Of a stretch of 64,000 bases of DNA, positions 35,626 through 45,728 are shown piece by piece. This stretch comes from Cyanobacteria bacterium J06626_4 (lineage in GTDB: Bacteria; Cyanobacteriota; Cyanobacteriia; Phormidesmidales; Phormidesmidaceae): positions 32,001-96,000 of the forward strand of contig JBCBJQ010000001.1 in assembly GCA_038523235.1 (NCBI GenBank), in the 5' to 3' direction. The translations under genes and the position numbers were made by a program. Numbering within the stretch: position 1 is the first letter of the stretch; each line of letters begins with the position of its first letter. A model generated the notes under the pieces. It saw only the letters and a program-made list of their open reading frames with translations, made no database searches and was not told where the DNA came from.

Positions 35626-35659
35626 AAAAGGGGGCGCGAATTATTCGCGCCCCCTTTTT
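35626..35659. terminator. Bidirectional rho-independent terminator after tkt
   Basis: AAAAGGGGGCGCGAA-TTA-TTCGCGCCCCCTTTTT between convergent genes. Confidence 0.9.
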
Positions 35660-35743
35660 GATAACTGCCATTGCTGTCCAGCAACGCTTCAGTCTGCTGT
35701 GGTGCACCTACGATTACCCAAGAAGCAAAGAGCTGGGAGGTTC

Positions 35744-35771
35744 TGCAAGTGCGACGATCGCTGCACTTGCA
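35744..35771. terminator. Hairpin just downstream of the hybrid kinase gene
   Basis: TGCAAGTGC...GCACTTGCA 9-bp perfect inverted repeat. Confidence 0.45.
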
Positions 35772-35782
35772 ATCATGCTCCG

Positions 35783-37759
35783 TTAGTCCTTGCCTAAGGT
35801 GTATTTGGCCAACACAGACACCAGCTCGGCGGGATTAATCGGCTTGCTGATGTAGTCTTGCATGCCCGCTTCGAGACAGCGATCGCGATCTTGGGGACGC
35901 GCCAAGGCCGTCGCCGCCACCACCGGAATATCCTGCCAGGCAGGATTCTGTCGAATTTTCTGAGTCAGCTGCAAGCCATCCATCCCCGACAGTTGAATAT
36001 CCATCAAAATTAAAGCCGGGCGGTTAGTCGCCAGCCAATCTAGGGCAGCAGCAGCATCGGCACAGTGAAAGACCTGATAACCCCAGTGCGTCAGCATATG
36101 CTCTAGCAGCAGCGCATTGATGGGGTTATCTTCGACGACTAACACCGGCCCAGAAATGGCGGCCTCTGGCGACGCGGGCATCTCCGTTGGTGTCGGTGTC
36201 GCCGTCGTATTTAATAGCGCGTAATGCTCATCATGCGGTGTTTTCACCTGACAGTTGAGGGGTAAATGCAGGGTAAATTGGCTACCGCTGTCTTTTTCAG
36301 ACTTAACCGTCACGTCGCCCCCGTGCAAACGGGTTAGTTTTTGCGTCAGCACCAGCCCCAGCCCCGTGCCCTCATACTGCTTTGAAAGCGAGCTATCCAA
36401 CTGTTGAAAGGGTTGAAACAGGGATGACAATTCCTCCTCCGCAATGCCGATCCCTTCGTCCCAAACCGTGATGTTCAGATATTCTTGCTGCTGCTCTACC
36501 CGTAGCCCGATTGCGCCCTGCTTTGGCGTAAATTTGATCGCGTTAGACAGCAAATTCAGCAGCATTTGCCGCACGCGCATTTCATCGGCCAGCAGCGTGG
36601 GCAAGTTCTCCGCGACCTCGCGATGAACCGTCAGCTGCTTCATCTCCGCCTGGGTTTCGACCATCTTGAGCACGTCATCACACAGGGGCACGATCGCGAT
36701 CGCGGTGACATGCAAGTCCATCTGCCCCGCTTCAACTTTAGAGAGGTCGAGCACTTCATTGATCAAGCTGAGTAAATGCTCGCCGCTCTGATGAATTTGG
36801 GTGACATATAGCTGCTGGCGATCGTTCAGCTCACCATAAACTGACTGACTGAGCAATGCTGAAAATCCCAGAATCGAGGTCATGGGTGTCCGCAATTCGT
36901 GTGACATATTGGCCAGAAACTCGGACTTGAGGCGATTAGCGCGGGCCAGCTCCAAATTTTTAGACGCTAACTCAGCCTTGATGTTTTCCTGCTGCGTGAT
37001 GTCTCGCAAAATAATCGACACCGCAACAGGAGTCGCATCGCCTTCACCATGCACCGGGCTAATCGAGATGAACGCCGTAAAAGTTTCATGGGTGTAGCGC
37101 TGGCAGACAATTTGCCCACTCCAGCCTTCGCCTTGGGCGCGGTCTAAAATCCAGCGTACCTGGTCTTCATTTTGAAAGAAGACTTCCAGATTGACGCCGG
37201 TGAGCCGCGCTTGGGGCCAGTTAAAGGTGCGCCGTGTAGCCAGGTTAGCGTACTGAATGTTGCCTTGTAGATCAGTAATTAACGCGCTGTCATGGGCCGA
37301 ATCTAACGCCATCGAAAACATTTTGAGCTGAGCTTCAAAACGCTTGCGCTCAGTGATATCGCGGCCAATGCCCAAGGCCCCGACGAGTTGCCCCGACTGA
37401 TAGAGCAAGCGACCGTTGACTTCAATAAAGACGCGATCGCCCGATTTGGTCAGCACCACAAATTCATAATCTCGCAACTCTCCCGTTTTGAGCAGATTGG
37501 CAAAGACCTCCAGGGTCGACTGCTGACATTCCGGTGCCACGATATCTAAGTATGAGTGGCCAATCACCTCATCGTAATGATCGGCCCCTATGAGCTTGAG
37601 CCCATAGGGGTTAACAAAGGTAAATTTGCCTGTCAGGTCTAAGGTGTAAACAATATCTGAGGCGGCTTCTACATAGGCTCGAAAAAGGCTATCTGGACCC
37701 GGTTCAAGGGGGGAAACAGGATCAGCCAAAGGGGCCTTTGGAGTATGGGCGCTGGTCAT
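35783..37759 (-). CDS. PAS-PAS hybrid sensor histidine kinase/response regulator
   Basis: Two PAS domains, FLANMSHELRTP (H-box), NLLSNAIKFT, DEGIGI, GTGLGL, receiver VVEDN..LMDIQL..KP. Confidence 0.93.
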   Translation of the reverse strand: MTSAHTPKAPLADPVSPLEPGPDSLFRAYVEAASDIVYTLDLTGKFTFVNPYGLKLIGADHYDEVIGHSYLDIVAPECQQSTLEVFANLLKTGELRDYEFVVLTKSGDRVFIEVNGRLLYQSGQLVGALGIGRDITERKRFEAQLKMFSMALDSAHDSALITDLQGNIQYANLATRRTFNWPQARLTGVNLEVFFQNEDQVRWILDRAQGEGWSGQIVCQRYTHETFTAFISISPVHGEGDATPVAVSIILRDITQQENIKAELASKNLELARANRLKSEFLANMSHELRTPMTSILGFSALLSQSVYGELNDRQQLYVTQIHQSGEHLLSLINEVLDLSKVEAGQMDLHVTAIAIVPLCDDVLKMVETQAEMKQLTVHREVAENLPTLLADEMRVRQMLLNLLSNAIKFTPKQGAIGLRVEQQQEYLNITVWDEGIGIAEEELSSLFQPFQQLDSSLSKQYEGTGLGLVLTQKLTRLHGGDVTVKSEKDSGSQFTLHLPLNCQVKTPHDEHYALLNTTATPTPTEMPASPEAAISGPVLVVEDNPINALLLEHMLTHWGYQVFHCADAAAALDWLATNRPALILMDIQLSGMDGLQLTQKIRQNPAWQDIPVVAATALARPQDRDRCLEAGMQDYISKPINPAELVSVLAKYTLGKD

Positions 37760-38243
37760 AGCGGTGGTTTATTAATATCCAGATTGCGAATCAGCAGTAG
37801 GAGACCCTTTGATAAGTCGATAGCCCTAATCATCGCAGAGAGCGCCATCATTAAGCGTGACACACCTCAGTTGATCAGCAGTGTGTTCGGCCAATAGCCC
37901 GCTAGGCATCGCTTTGCAAATGCCACACACCACAGCACCGTTGAATTAGAACTCTCTACTTCGTAGCTATGCAGACTCGCTGGTAGGGGATACCCCTGAC
38001 TGCCTCAATTAACTTTTCATGACGATCACCCAGAGATCAGGGAAATTCCTCAGGAACCGGTAAAAACTTCCCAAAAGGTCGTTATTCGCCTTTAAAAGCT
38101 GTAGATGCTCTAAAGACCCAAAAGGTTCCCACTCAGCGCTTTGTTTGATGGTAAGTCCATCAAGTCAGGATATCTGTGTTCGCTTTACCTGAATCGCGCC
38201 CGCTCCACTGATGCGGCCAGCTGAGTCAAATCCGATCACCAGC

Positions 38244-39068
38244 TCAGTCGAATCTTTCGGTATAGACGACAGCCTCTCGCAGTACTTCTTCCTGCTGTCC
38301 CGCATCATCAAACCGCACAATCACCAAGCTGCTGGAGTCGAGTCGATATTCAAAATTGTCGTTGCCAATGATGTAGCCACCCCCGAGAGCTTCCACGTCT
38401 TGCGCGGTCACCACCTGTTCGGTGCCTTGTTCTTGGGATAAGTAGAGACGCTGATAGCGAATTTTGCACACATAAATAGTGTGGCTTTGCGTCACAAAGT
38501 AAGCCTCGATCGCGCGGGTATTGCCACAGTGCTCATCCAGCGCCTCTTTTAAAACATCGTTCTGAGGGCTCAGAGGGGCCGCAGCGGACTCGTCGGTTGA
38601 GGCCGAGGGAGCGGTCGGAATATCAAGCAAGTCACTGCGCACCCAACCCACCGTAGACGCATTTTGAAAGGTGACGTAATGCCAGGTGTGACCGTCTTCA
38701 GCAGGCTCGGCTCGACCCAACACGACAGTGTCGCCGACCTGCCCATAGCCAATGGGGGCACTCGTCGCCGAGGGCTGCGATCGCACATTGACCTCAGCAC
38801 CAGGATTCTCAGTGATCAGGGTCGCGATTTGCCCCGCGGTTTGATCAGGTTGAGGCGGCGCCGCTGACTCATTAGTCGCATCGGTCGAAACGGTATCAGT
38901 CAAACCTGGCCAAGTATCGGGTGTGGGCTGCACCGTCGGCGTGCCATCAGTGCCCGCATCGGCCGTTGTAGTTGGTCGTTGAGACCGCGACCGCCCTTGG
39001 CGGCAAGTGCCTAGCCCCACTAAACAAACAACGGCTAACAGCCCTCCCAATACAAACCGCGATCGCAT
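38244..39068 (-). CDS. SH3b domain-containing exported protein
   Basis: Signal with GLGTC, Thr/Pro linker, VNVRSQPS...W..V.F....GWVRSDL. Confidence 0.8.
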   Translation of the reverse strand: MRSRFVLGGLLAVVCLVGLGTCRQGRSRSQRPTTTADAGTDGTPTVQPTPDTWPGLTDTVSTDATNESAAPPQPDQTAGQIATLITENPGAEVNVRSQPSATSAPIGYGQVGDTVVLGRAEPAEDGHTWHYVTFQNASTVGWVRSDLLDIPTAPSASTDESAAAPLSPQNDVLKEALDEHCGNTRAIEAYFVTQSHTIYVCKIRYQRLYLSQEQGTEQVVTAQDVEALGGGYIIGNDNFEYRLDSSSLVIVRFDDAGQQEEVLREAVVYTERFD

Positions 39069-39173
39069 GCTTCGTCACCCTTGCTCACCCAGATTTATGG
39101 TTAAGTCTACTGATTGTGTCGCGCTCTGCAACTACCCACCGTGACCTGAGTGAAATTCGTAATTATTGCTGCA

Positions 39174-40955
39174 TTATTTAGCGTCGGCTTTCCACAGGTA
39201 GCCCATCTGGTCAATCGTGAGGCCCGTATCAGGAAAATCATGAGCGGTGAGGTGTCGGATCAGGGTAACACTTTCAAAAAAATTGTCGATGTAGGGCACC
39301 CCATTGTCATCTAAGGCCACAGGAATAATGCGCCCGCCCAAGAAATCGCCCGTATCGTTGAGCTCAACTTGCAAAATCAACGATTGCCCTAGCGGCCCTA
39401 CGGTCGAGAGCGTGCGATAACCCAAAAAGTTGCCGAGGGAGTAGGCAATCAGCTTGTCTTGGTAAAGCTCGATCGCTCTGGGCACGTGGGGGCCATGCCC
39501 CAAAATCAGGTCAGCGCCAGCATCCACCATCGTCCGCGAGAACTGCACCAGGTTGCCACGATTTTCTGAAAAGAAGTATTCCGTTTGATTACGCACGCGC
39601 AGCGCATCGGTACCCTCAGCCCCGCCATGCACCGAGACCACCACCATATCAGCCTGAGCCTGGGCGGCTCTGACCAACTCAGCAGCAGTCGTCAGGTTAT
39701 TCATATTGTTGTGGTCATCCCAATAGCTGAAGCCAATAAAGGCGATCGCATACCCATTAGCTTCCAGCATGACGATTTCACCTTGACGGCCCACGGCACG
39801 CATCCCCGCCTGTTCGATATGGGTGATGGTATCGGCAAACCCTGCATCCCCAAAGTCAAAGGAGTGGTTGTTGGCAACGCTTAAAATGTCGAATCCAGCC
39901 GCCTGTAGCACGGGGGCAAAGGCCGGTGGCGTTCGAAAGGCAAAGGTCATGCCGCGGCTCACATCTTTAGCCACATAGGGGGAGTCAGTGAGAGTGCTTT
40001 CAAAGTTGCCAAAGAGGATATCGACTTCCCCCATGAACATTTTGACGCTGTTGAACAGGTAGTTAGGGTCTGCCGGCAGTCGATAGTCGGGGAAATTGGT
40101 GCCGGGAATAATGTCGCCCACGGCTTTCAGACTGACAGCAACTTGGGCAGAGGGCGGCACGGTCAGCAGGTTAGCCGCAGCGCCGAGCCCGTTGTTTGAC
40201 GTGATGGGCTGCCACAGCGTGGTGTCGGGAGCCGCAGACTGATCGGATGAGGGCGACTCTGGCAACGGGGCAGGAGCAAGGGCGGGATCAAGAGGGGGCA
40301 GCTCTTGAGGGGCGATCGCGGGCTCTAGCTGATCAGGCGGCACGACGGTGACGGCTGACGAGTCCGCCAAGGGTCGCCTCAGCTGAGTAACAGCAAATCG
40401 CGATCGCAGCGACTCATGCGTGAAGGCGATCGCGGTACCCACCACAAAACTGACACCGCCCAAAGCGATCGCCCCGGCTTGCCATTGTCGGCGTCGAGTC
40501 AGCTGTTGACGCTGAAGATGCTGTTGCTGCAGTCGAGCAGCCGGTGCCGACGTCGAGGGCACTGAACCGCCCACCTCTCCAGCGGCGATGGTTGAGGGCA
40601 GAAACTGGGCCAGGGGGGAGGGCTGGTGGGTTGCCAGTCCTGGCGATCGCTCCAACAGCGTGTGATGCACTAGCTGATGGGCATCAGATAAGCCGCTGTC
40701 AATATAGACATAAACATCCCAATACTTCGTCCCCTGGAGTCCTTGTAAAACTCGTTCGAGCTGGGGCAACAGCTGGCCCAAGCCATACAAATGGGCCGCC
40801 GGCAAATGAATATCGAGACGGGGCAGTGGCCCTGTAATTGTCAGGGGAGGCTGCAGGGCTAGGGCCGCATTGACATAATGGGCAATCGCCAGACAATTGC
40901 CTGACGGGGAGGACGGAGCCGGCGATCGCACCGTCTGCTCAGCCGTATGGGCCAT
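39174..40955 (-). CDS. CapA (PgsA-like) metallophosphoesterase family protein
   Basis: AVGDI, GNFE, ANNHSFDFG, HGGAEG, GHGPH, YSLGNF; TM segment and Pro-rich linker. Confidence 0.87.
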   Translation of the reverse strand: MAHTAEQTVRSPAPSSPSGNCLAIAHYVNAALALQPPLTITGPLPRLDIHLPAAHLYGLGQLLPQLERVLQGLQGTKYWDVYVYIDSGLSDAHQLVHHTLLERSPGLATHQPSPLAQFLPSTIAAGEVGGSVPSTSAPAARLQQQHLQRQQLTRRRQWQAGAIALGGVSFVVGTAIAFTHESLRSRFAVTQLRRPLADSSAVTVVPPDQLEPAIAPQELPPLDPALAPAPLPESPSSDQSAAPDTTLWQPITSNNGLGAAANLLTVPPSAQVAVSLKAVGDIIPGTNFPDYRLPADPNYLFNSVKMFMGEVDILFGNFESTLTDSPYVAKDVSRGMTFAFRTPPAFAPVLQAAGFDILSVANNHSFDFGDAGFADTITHIEQAGMRAVGRQGEIVMLEANGYAIAFIGFSYWDDHNNMNNLTTAAELVRAAQAQADMVVVSVHGGAEGTDALRVRNQTEYFFSENRGNLVQFSRTMVDAGADLILGHGPHVPRAIELYQDKLIAYSLGNFLGYRTLSTVGPLGQSLILQVELNDTGDFLGGRIIPVALDDNGVPYIDNFFESVTLIRHLTAHDFPDTGLTIDQMGYLWKADAK

Positions 40956-41063
40956 ACCAATCTCACTTCTCAGTTATCGATGGATGCTTGTGAGTCATAG
41001 ACGCTCGCCCCGATTACTGTCAGCTCCAGGTCTGGCCATTTCAAGCCGCTGGGCCAATCGCCC

Positions 41064-41183
41064 TTAGCCTAGTCCCTGAGAAGACAGCAGATACTTGCCT
41101 AGTTGAAATAGATTGAGGGCGATAAACGTGATCAAAAAGATCGTCACGACCACATTAAAAGCGTTTCGTAAAATGTTGACCAT
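41064..41183 (-). CDS. Putative 39-aa single-pass membrane protein (below the ORF-track cut-off)
   Basis: Manual translation MVNILRNAFNVVVTIFLITFIALNLFQLGKYLLSSQGLG*; one clean hydrophobic helix. Confidence 0.5.
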   Translation of the reverse strand: MVNILRNAFNVVVTIFLITFIALNLFQLGKYLLSSQGLG

Positions 41184-41836
41184 GAATTTCGTTTGATAAA
41201 TGGCAGCCTTTACACCTTCATCTAACCCACGCGATGTGATGAACGACTGAAAGGATTTTTAACACTCAGAGACGTTTTCCCGGCAGCCCTGACATCACAT
41301 CACATTAGCTTTATTGATTTTGACGACTGCCCTGCTCTCAAATTTGCACTGATTAACTCGCTTGACACGTGGCACGACCAGGAAGTGGAGAGAGCGAAAG
41401 GTCGAACGCGGTATGCTCACACAGAGCAGTGGCGATCAAGTGAAGCTAGCGCGGGATCAAACGAGGAGTCATGCCAACGGCTGTCGTTGAATTGACCTCA
41501 TTGCCCGCCGTCAATGAGGCTCTGGCTGATGGTGTTACCTCGTAAGTCAATACTCTAGCCGTCAGCAGCTTGGCATTACTTTACTGCTGACAAGGTTGAT
41601 CTGGCGAGTCACCGTCCCACATATCAACAGCAATTGGACAATAATGGACGATGCTTGAGCCAACAAGCTAAAGTGGTACTGACTACGACTAACGGTCTCG
41701 GTCGAAGTCTAGCGAACGTCTAGACTAAAATCTGGAAGTTGGCAGCGGCTTGCCGCAAAGGTTTGTACACTAAGCGCACAGCTAACCTAATCGTTGTGCT
41801 GGTTTGGAAGAGCATTGCAGACATGTGGAGCAAGGT

Positions 41837-42271
41837 ATGATGCAGAACTCTACGGCCTCGACCCCGATTCGTTCTCTAGAAGATGCGATTGAACGCTGCC
41901 AGGCGTTAGGCATGCGTCTGAGTCGCCAGCGGCGCTACATTCTAGAGCTGCTTTGGGAAGCTAAGGAACATCTGTCGGCCCGCGAGATTTACAACCGCCT
42001 GAGCCAACAGGGCTGCGATATCGGCCACACTTCGGTCTATCAAAATCTCGAAGCGCTGTCGGAGCAAAATATTATTGAGTGCGTTGAGCGGTCCGATGGT
42101 CGGCTCTATGGTCACATCAATGATGCTCATAGCCACGTGAACTGCACCAATACGCAGCAAATTATCGATGTGCACGTCGAACTGCCCGAGGCATTGATTC
42201 GTCAGGTCGAGGTACAAACCGGCACCAAAATTACGGAATATCGAGTCGACTTCTTTGGCGTGCGTCAGTAG
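41837..42271 (+). CDS. perR: Fur-family regulator, cyanobacterial FurC/PerR type
   Basis: PIRSLEDA..RC..LGMR.SRQRR.ILELLW...EHLSAREIY..IGHTSVYQNL..HSHVNC resembles Anabaena FurC as I recall it. Confidence 0.85.
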   Translation: MMQNSTASTPIRSLEDAIERCQALGMRLSRQRRYILELLWEAKEHLSAREIYNRLSQQGCDIGHTSVYQNLEALSEQNIIECVERSDGRLYGHINDAHSHVNCTNTQQIIDVHVELPEALIRQVEVQTGTKITEYRVDFFGVRQ

Positions 42272-42619
42272 CTAGCGTTAGCTGCTTAAAACGTCTTTAG
42301 TGAATAGATAAAAGACGGTTCCGAAGACGAAGGCGGCGATCACCATATCCATTGCATCTAGCTCCCTGTATTCATCGCGATGACGGCCTGAGCGCTGGGG
42401 ACTGACCCAAAAAACTCAGGCACCTTATCAACGTAACGGACTTGAGGTCTGATAGAAAGCAGGGAATCACCTACCTTGACAGGTACCCATTAATCACTTT
42501 CATCCGTAATCCGCTCAGGGTCGAACATGGGCGATCGCCCACCGACCGATTTCAGTCGTGATGATGCATCTGAGTATGGCCTTGGGTGACGAGATTTGCG
42601 CCTGAGGGACCGTAGGGGC

Positions 42620-43240
42620 TCAGATCTCAATTGGCAGTAAACCTTTGGGCGGCGTGATTTCGACATAGCCAGCAGCGAGATCGACGACGGGCACGATCGC
42701 ATACACAAAGGGAATCAAAATTGGCAGATTCCCCTTTTTGGTGGGTTTAGTCATTGGGGACGCGGCAGTTGATTGAGCTGATGCCGCCTGAGCATACAGT
42801 TCGATCTCCAGCAGATCATTACCCGCGGCATAGACATCGACGACGGTGCCAATCGCCGCCCCGGTCGCTTGCAGTCGCACCGTCAAACCCACTAAATCTG
42901 AGACATGGAATTCGTCCGATTCCACCGCGAGGCGATCGCCCGCCGGTACGACTAACTTTGCTTCGCGCAATGCCTCAGCCTGATCGCGATAGTTCACCCC
43001 AGCCAGCTTCAGCACATAGAGACCTTTCCCCGCTAGATAACGACCCGACACTAGCTGCACGGGTTCGGGCTGAGTCTGTCTCGGTTTTAGCAACCAGCGC
43101 TCGCCCGGCGCCAAAAACCGTTCGGGAAAATCACTGTCAGGGTAGACGCGCACGGCTCCATCAAGCCCTTGAGGGGCGACGATGCGACCAATCTCTAACC
43201 AATCGGTGGCAGCAGCATCTGACTCCATAGCAGCCGTCAT
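42620..43240 (-). CDS. rimM: Ribosome maturation factor RimM
   Basis: [42 protein letters not shown] overlap with the avtA stop codon. Confidence 0.92.
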   Translation of the reverse strand: MTAAMESDAAATDWLEIGRIVAPQGLDGAVRVYPDSDFPERFLAPGERWLLKPRQTQPEPVQLVSGRYLAGKGLYVLKLAGVNYRDQAEALREAKLVVPAGDRLAVESDEFHVSDLVGLTVRLQATGAAIGTVVDVYAAGNDLLEIELYAQAASAQSTAASPMTKPTKKGNLPILIPFVYAIVPVVDLAAGYVEITPPKGLLPIEI

Positions 43241-44541
43241 GAACCGACCACAGCGGGAGTTGCTGCTGTGGGCTGAGTTTGATAGAGCTGCGTCACCACT
43301 GTGGCCAAGTGCCGAATGCCCTGGGCGATTTCGGCATCGGTGGCCGTCAAGCTGATGCGAATGCACTGGCGGGTGTGGGGCCAATCTTCGCGCAGGCCGG
43401 GGAAGAAGGGATCGCCAGGTACCACAATGACGCCATACTGCTTGAGCTGCTGATACAGCTCGCGATCGCTCACGGGCAGCTGATCAAACCACAGCCAGGC
43501 AAAAATCGCGCCTTCTCCTCGATGCAGGTACCAGGGCGCCGTAGCGGGCATGAACTGGTCGAGGCTGTCTTCAAGCACAGCGAATTTGTTGCGATAGTAG
43601 GGCCGAATCACGGTTTCAGCGAGATTGCCTAAGGCCCCGGATGCGATCGCTCGGGCCGCGATCGCCTGACCATAGCGGGAGGAATGAATACACAGATTGG
43701 TCTGAAAAGACTGGAGCACCTGAATGATGGCTTCATCACCGAGGGCAATGCCGATGCGTTCTCCCGGTAGTCCGGCTTTCGACAGGCTGAGGCAGTGCAC
43801 CATGTTCTGCCGGAAGATGGGCGTCATCGCGGTGAAATTCAACCCCGGATAGGGTGGCGCATAGGCCGAATCGACAAATACCGGCACGTTATGCGGAGCG
43901 GCCAAATCAGCAATCCGATGTACTTCGTCGTCAGTCAGCACGTTGCCGGTCGGGTTGCAAGGCCGAGAAAACAACACGAACCCGGTGTTTTCATTGATTT
44001 CTAGCTGGCTAAAATCGGGACGATATTTAAAAGAATGAGGCGTCTCACCGATATCAATCGTCGGTTTATACGCCTTTAGCGCTTCAGGAAACAATGAGAC
44101 GCCACCGTAGCCGGTGTAGTCCGGGCTCAGAGGCAAGACAATTTCTCGCAGTTGTTGATCAGCGGTGTAGCCCCCGAAGGCATTAGCCGCAAAAAAGTAC
44201 AGCGCCTGACTGCCGGGCGTAATCAAGATATTGCGCTCCGTCAGGGTTAAATCATAGCGCTGGTTAAAGTCGGCTAAAACCGCTGCAATCAAGGGCTCAT
44301 ACCCTTGGCTAGAGCCGTAGCGACAGACGACTTCGCCATAGTCGGCACTGTTGAGTAGATCTGCCGTGCAATCGCGCCACAGCTGCTCAACCTCCGGCAA
44401 GATGACTGGGTTACCGGCACTGAGATTAATAAAAGACTTGCCCTGGCCCGCTCGCAGAGTCTCGATGATGTCTTTCATAATGGCTCTCACCCCTGTCAGG
44501 TGAGACATCTGGTCGCCAAATTGGGTCAGAGCAGGGTTCAT
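43237..44541 (-). CDS. avtA: Valine--pyruvate transaminase
   Basis: [42 protein letters not shown]. Confidence 0.9.
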   Translation of the reverse strand: MNPALTQFGDQMSHLTGVRAIMKDIIETLRAGQGKSFINLSAGNPVILPEVEQLWRDCTADLLNSADYGEVVCRYGSSQGYEPLIAAVLADFNQRYDLTLTERNILITPGSQALYFFAANAFGGYTADQQLREIVLPLSPDYTGYGGVSLFPEALKAYKPTIDIGETPHSFKYRPDFSQLEINENTGFVLFSRPCNPTGNVLTDDEVHRIADLAAPHNVPVFVDSAYAPPYPGLNFTAMTPIFRQNMVHCLSLSKAGLPGERIGIALGDEAIIQVLQSFQTNLCIHSSRYGQAIAARAIASGALGNLAETVIRPYYRNKFAVLEDSLDQFMPATAPWYLHRGEGAIFAWLWFDQLPVSDRELYQQLKQYGVIVVPGDPFFPGLREDWPHTRQCIRISLTATDAEIAQGIRHLATVVTQLYQTQPTAATPAVVGS

Positions 44542-44844
44542 AGGCCGGATGCGTGAAGAGAGTAATGGACGTAATATCGGATTGATATTACCGAATCTTG
44601 CCACCATAACATTCCCCACTCAGCGACAGGGATGAACTGACGCTAAATCAACCGTGATGCCGAGCCAGGAAAGATGACTGGAAAGGTCGATACGCTATGG
44701 ATAATTGAGTTGCACTGTGACCATCACTCAGCAGCGTCGCCTCTGTCAGAGTCGACTCGCAGCCTGATGGAGATTGCTGAGGGCAAGGGCGATCGCCCTA
44801 TGGCACCATCGAATAATCAGGCAACCAGAGAGAATTAACCCATC

Positions 44845-45618
44845 GTGAACACTTTGGCCCTTGGGGCGATCGCCAGCCTTCTGGCAGGATTGGGCACCGT
44901 CGTTGGCGCGCTGCCCGTTTTGTTACCGGCCACCCCCTCCGAAAAAGTGGAAAGCGTCTTGCTCGGGATTGGGGGCGGCATCATGCTCGCGGCGACCTCG
45001 TTTTCGCTGATTGTGCCCGGCACCGCTGCCGCCATTGACTTGGGCTACTCCAGCGCGATCGCGGCGTTGATCATGGGCGTAGGCGTGTTGCTCGGCGGCG
45101 GTTTGCTGTGGCTTGTGCATAATCGCTTTCCCCACGAGCACATCTTTAAGGGGCAAGAGGGGCCACAGGCCGACAATTTGAAGCGGGTCTGGCTGTTCGT
45201 CGCGGCGATCACGCTGCACAATTTTCCCGAAGGGCTGGCGGTCGGGGTGGGGTTCGGCTCCGGTCAAACGTCGGGAGCACTGGCGCTCGCGGTGGGCATC
45301 GGCCTACAAAACATTCCTGAAGGGCTCGTCGTGGCCTGGTCGCTCAAAAGTCTGCAGTATTCGCCCCTTTACGCCTTGGGTATCTCCACTCTGACGGGAC
45401 TAGTGGAACCGGTCGGGGGGATCTTTGGGGCCGGCATCGTCAGTGTGGCTCAAGACGCGCTGCCCTGGGGCATGGCCTTTGCCGCTGGTGCCATGCTTTT
45501 TGTGATTGTGGATGAGATTATCCCCGATATTTCGCAAAAAAGTCTGGGACAGAGCGGCACCCTGGGACTGATGCTGGGCTTTGTCATCATGATGTTTTTA
45601 GACGTGGCCTTAGGCTGA
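44845..45618 (+). CDS. ZIP family metal transporter (GufA-like)
   Basis: ITLHNFPEGLAVG, QNIPEG, AAGAMLFV..EIIP; multiple TM segments. Confidence 0.92.
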   Translation: MNTLALGAIASLLAGLGTVVGALPVLLPATPSEKVESVLLGIGGGIMLAATSFSLIVPGTAAAIDLGYSSAIAALIMGVGVLLGGGLLWLVHNRFPHEHIFKGQEGPQADNLKRVWLFVAAITLHNFPEGLAVGVGFGSGQTSGALALAVGIGLQNIPEGLVVAWSLKSLQYSPLYALGISTLTGLVEPVGGIFGAGIVSVAQDALPWGMAFAAGAMLFVIVDEIIPDISQKSLGQSGTLGLMLGFVIMMFLDVALG

Positions 45619-45728
45619 GGCCAGTGCACTACCGGGCAACAATCCGGGTCTGAGAAACCGGGTGAGGGCAGAATAGGCAGTAGCTAAGTCGGACAAAGTT
45701 GTCACCCACCCCTGTTCCGAGATCGGCG

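Noticed and set aside
41471..41545. 24-aa ORF preceded by GAGGAG
   Set aside because: RBS only 2 nt from the ATG, featureless peptide, and overlaps a hairpin (CCTCATTG/CAATGAGG).
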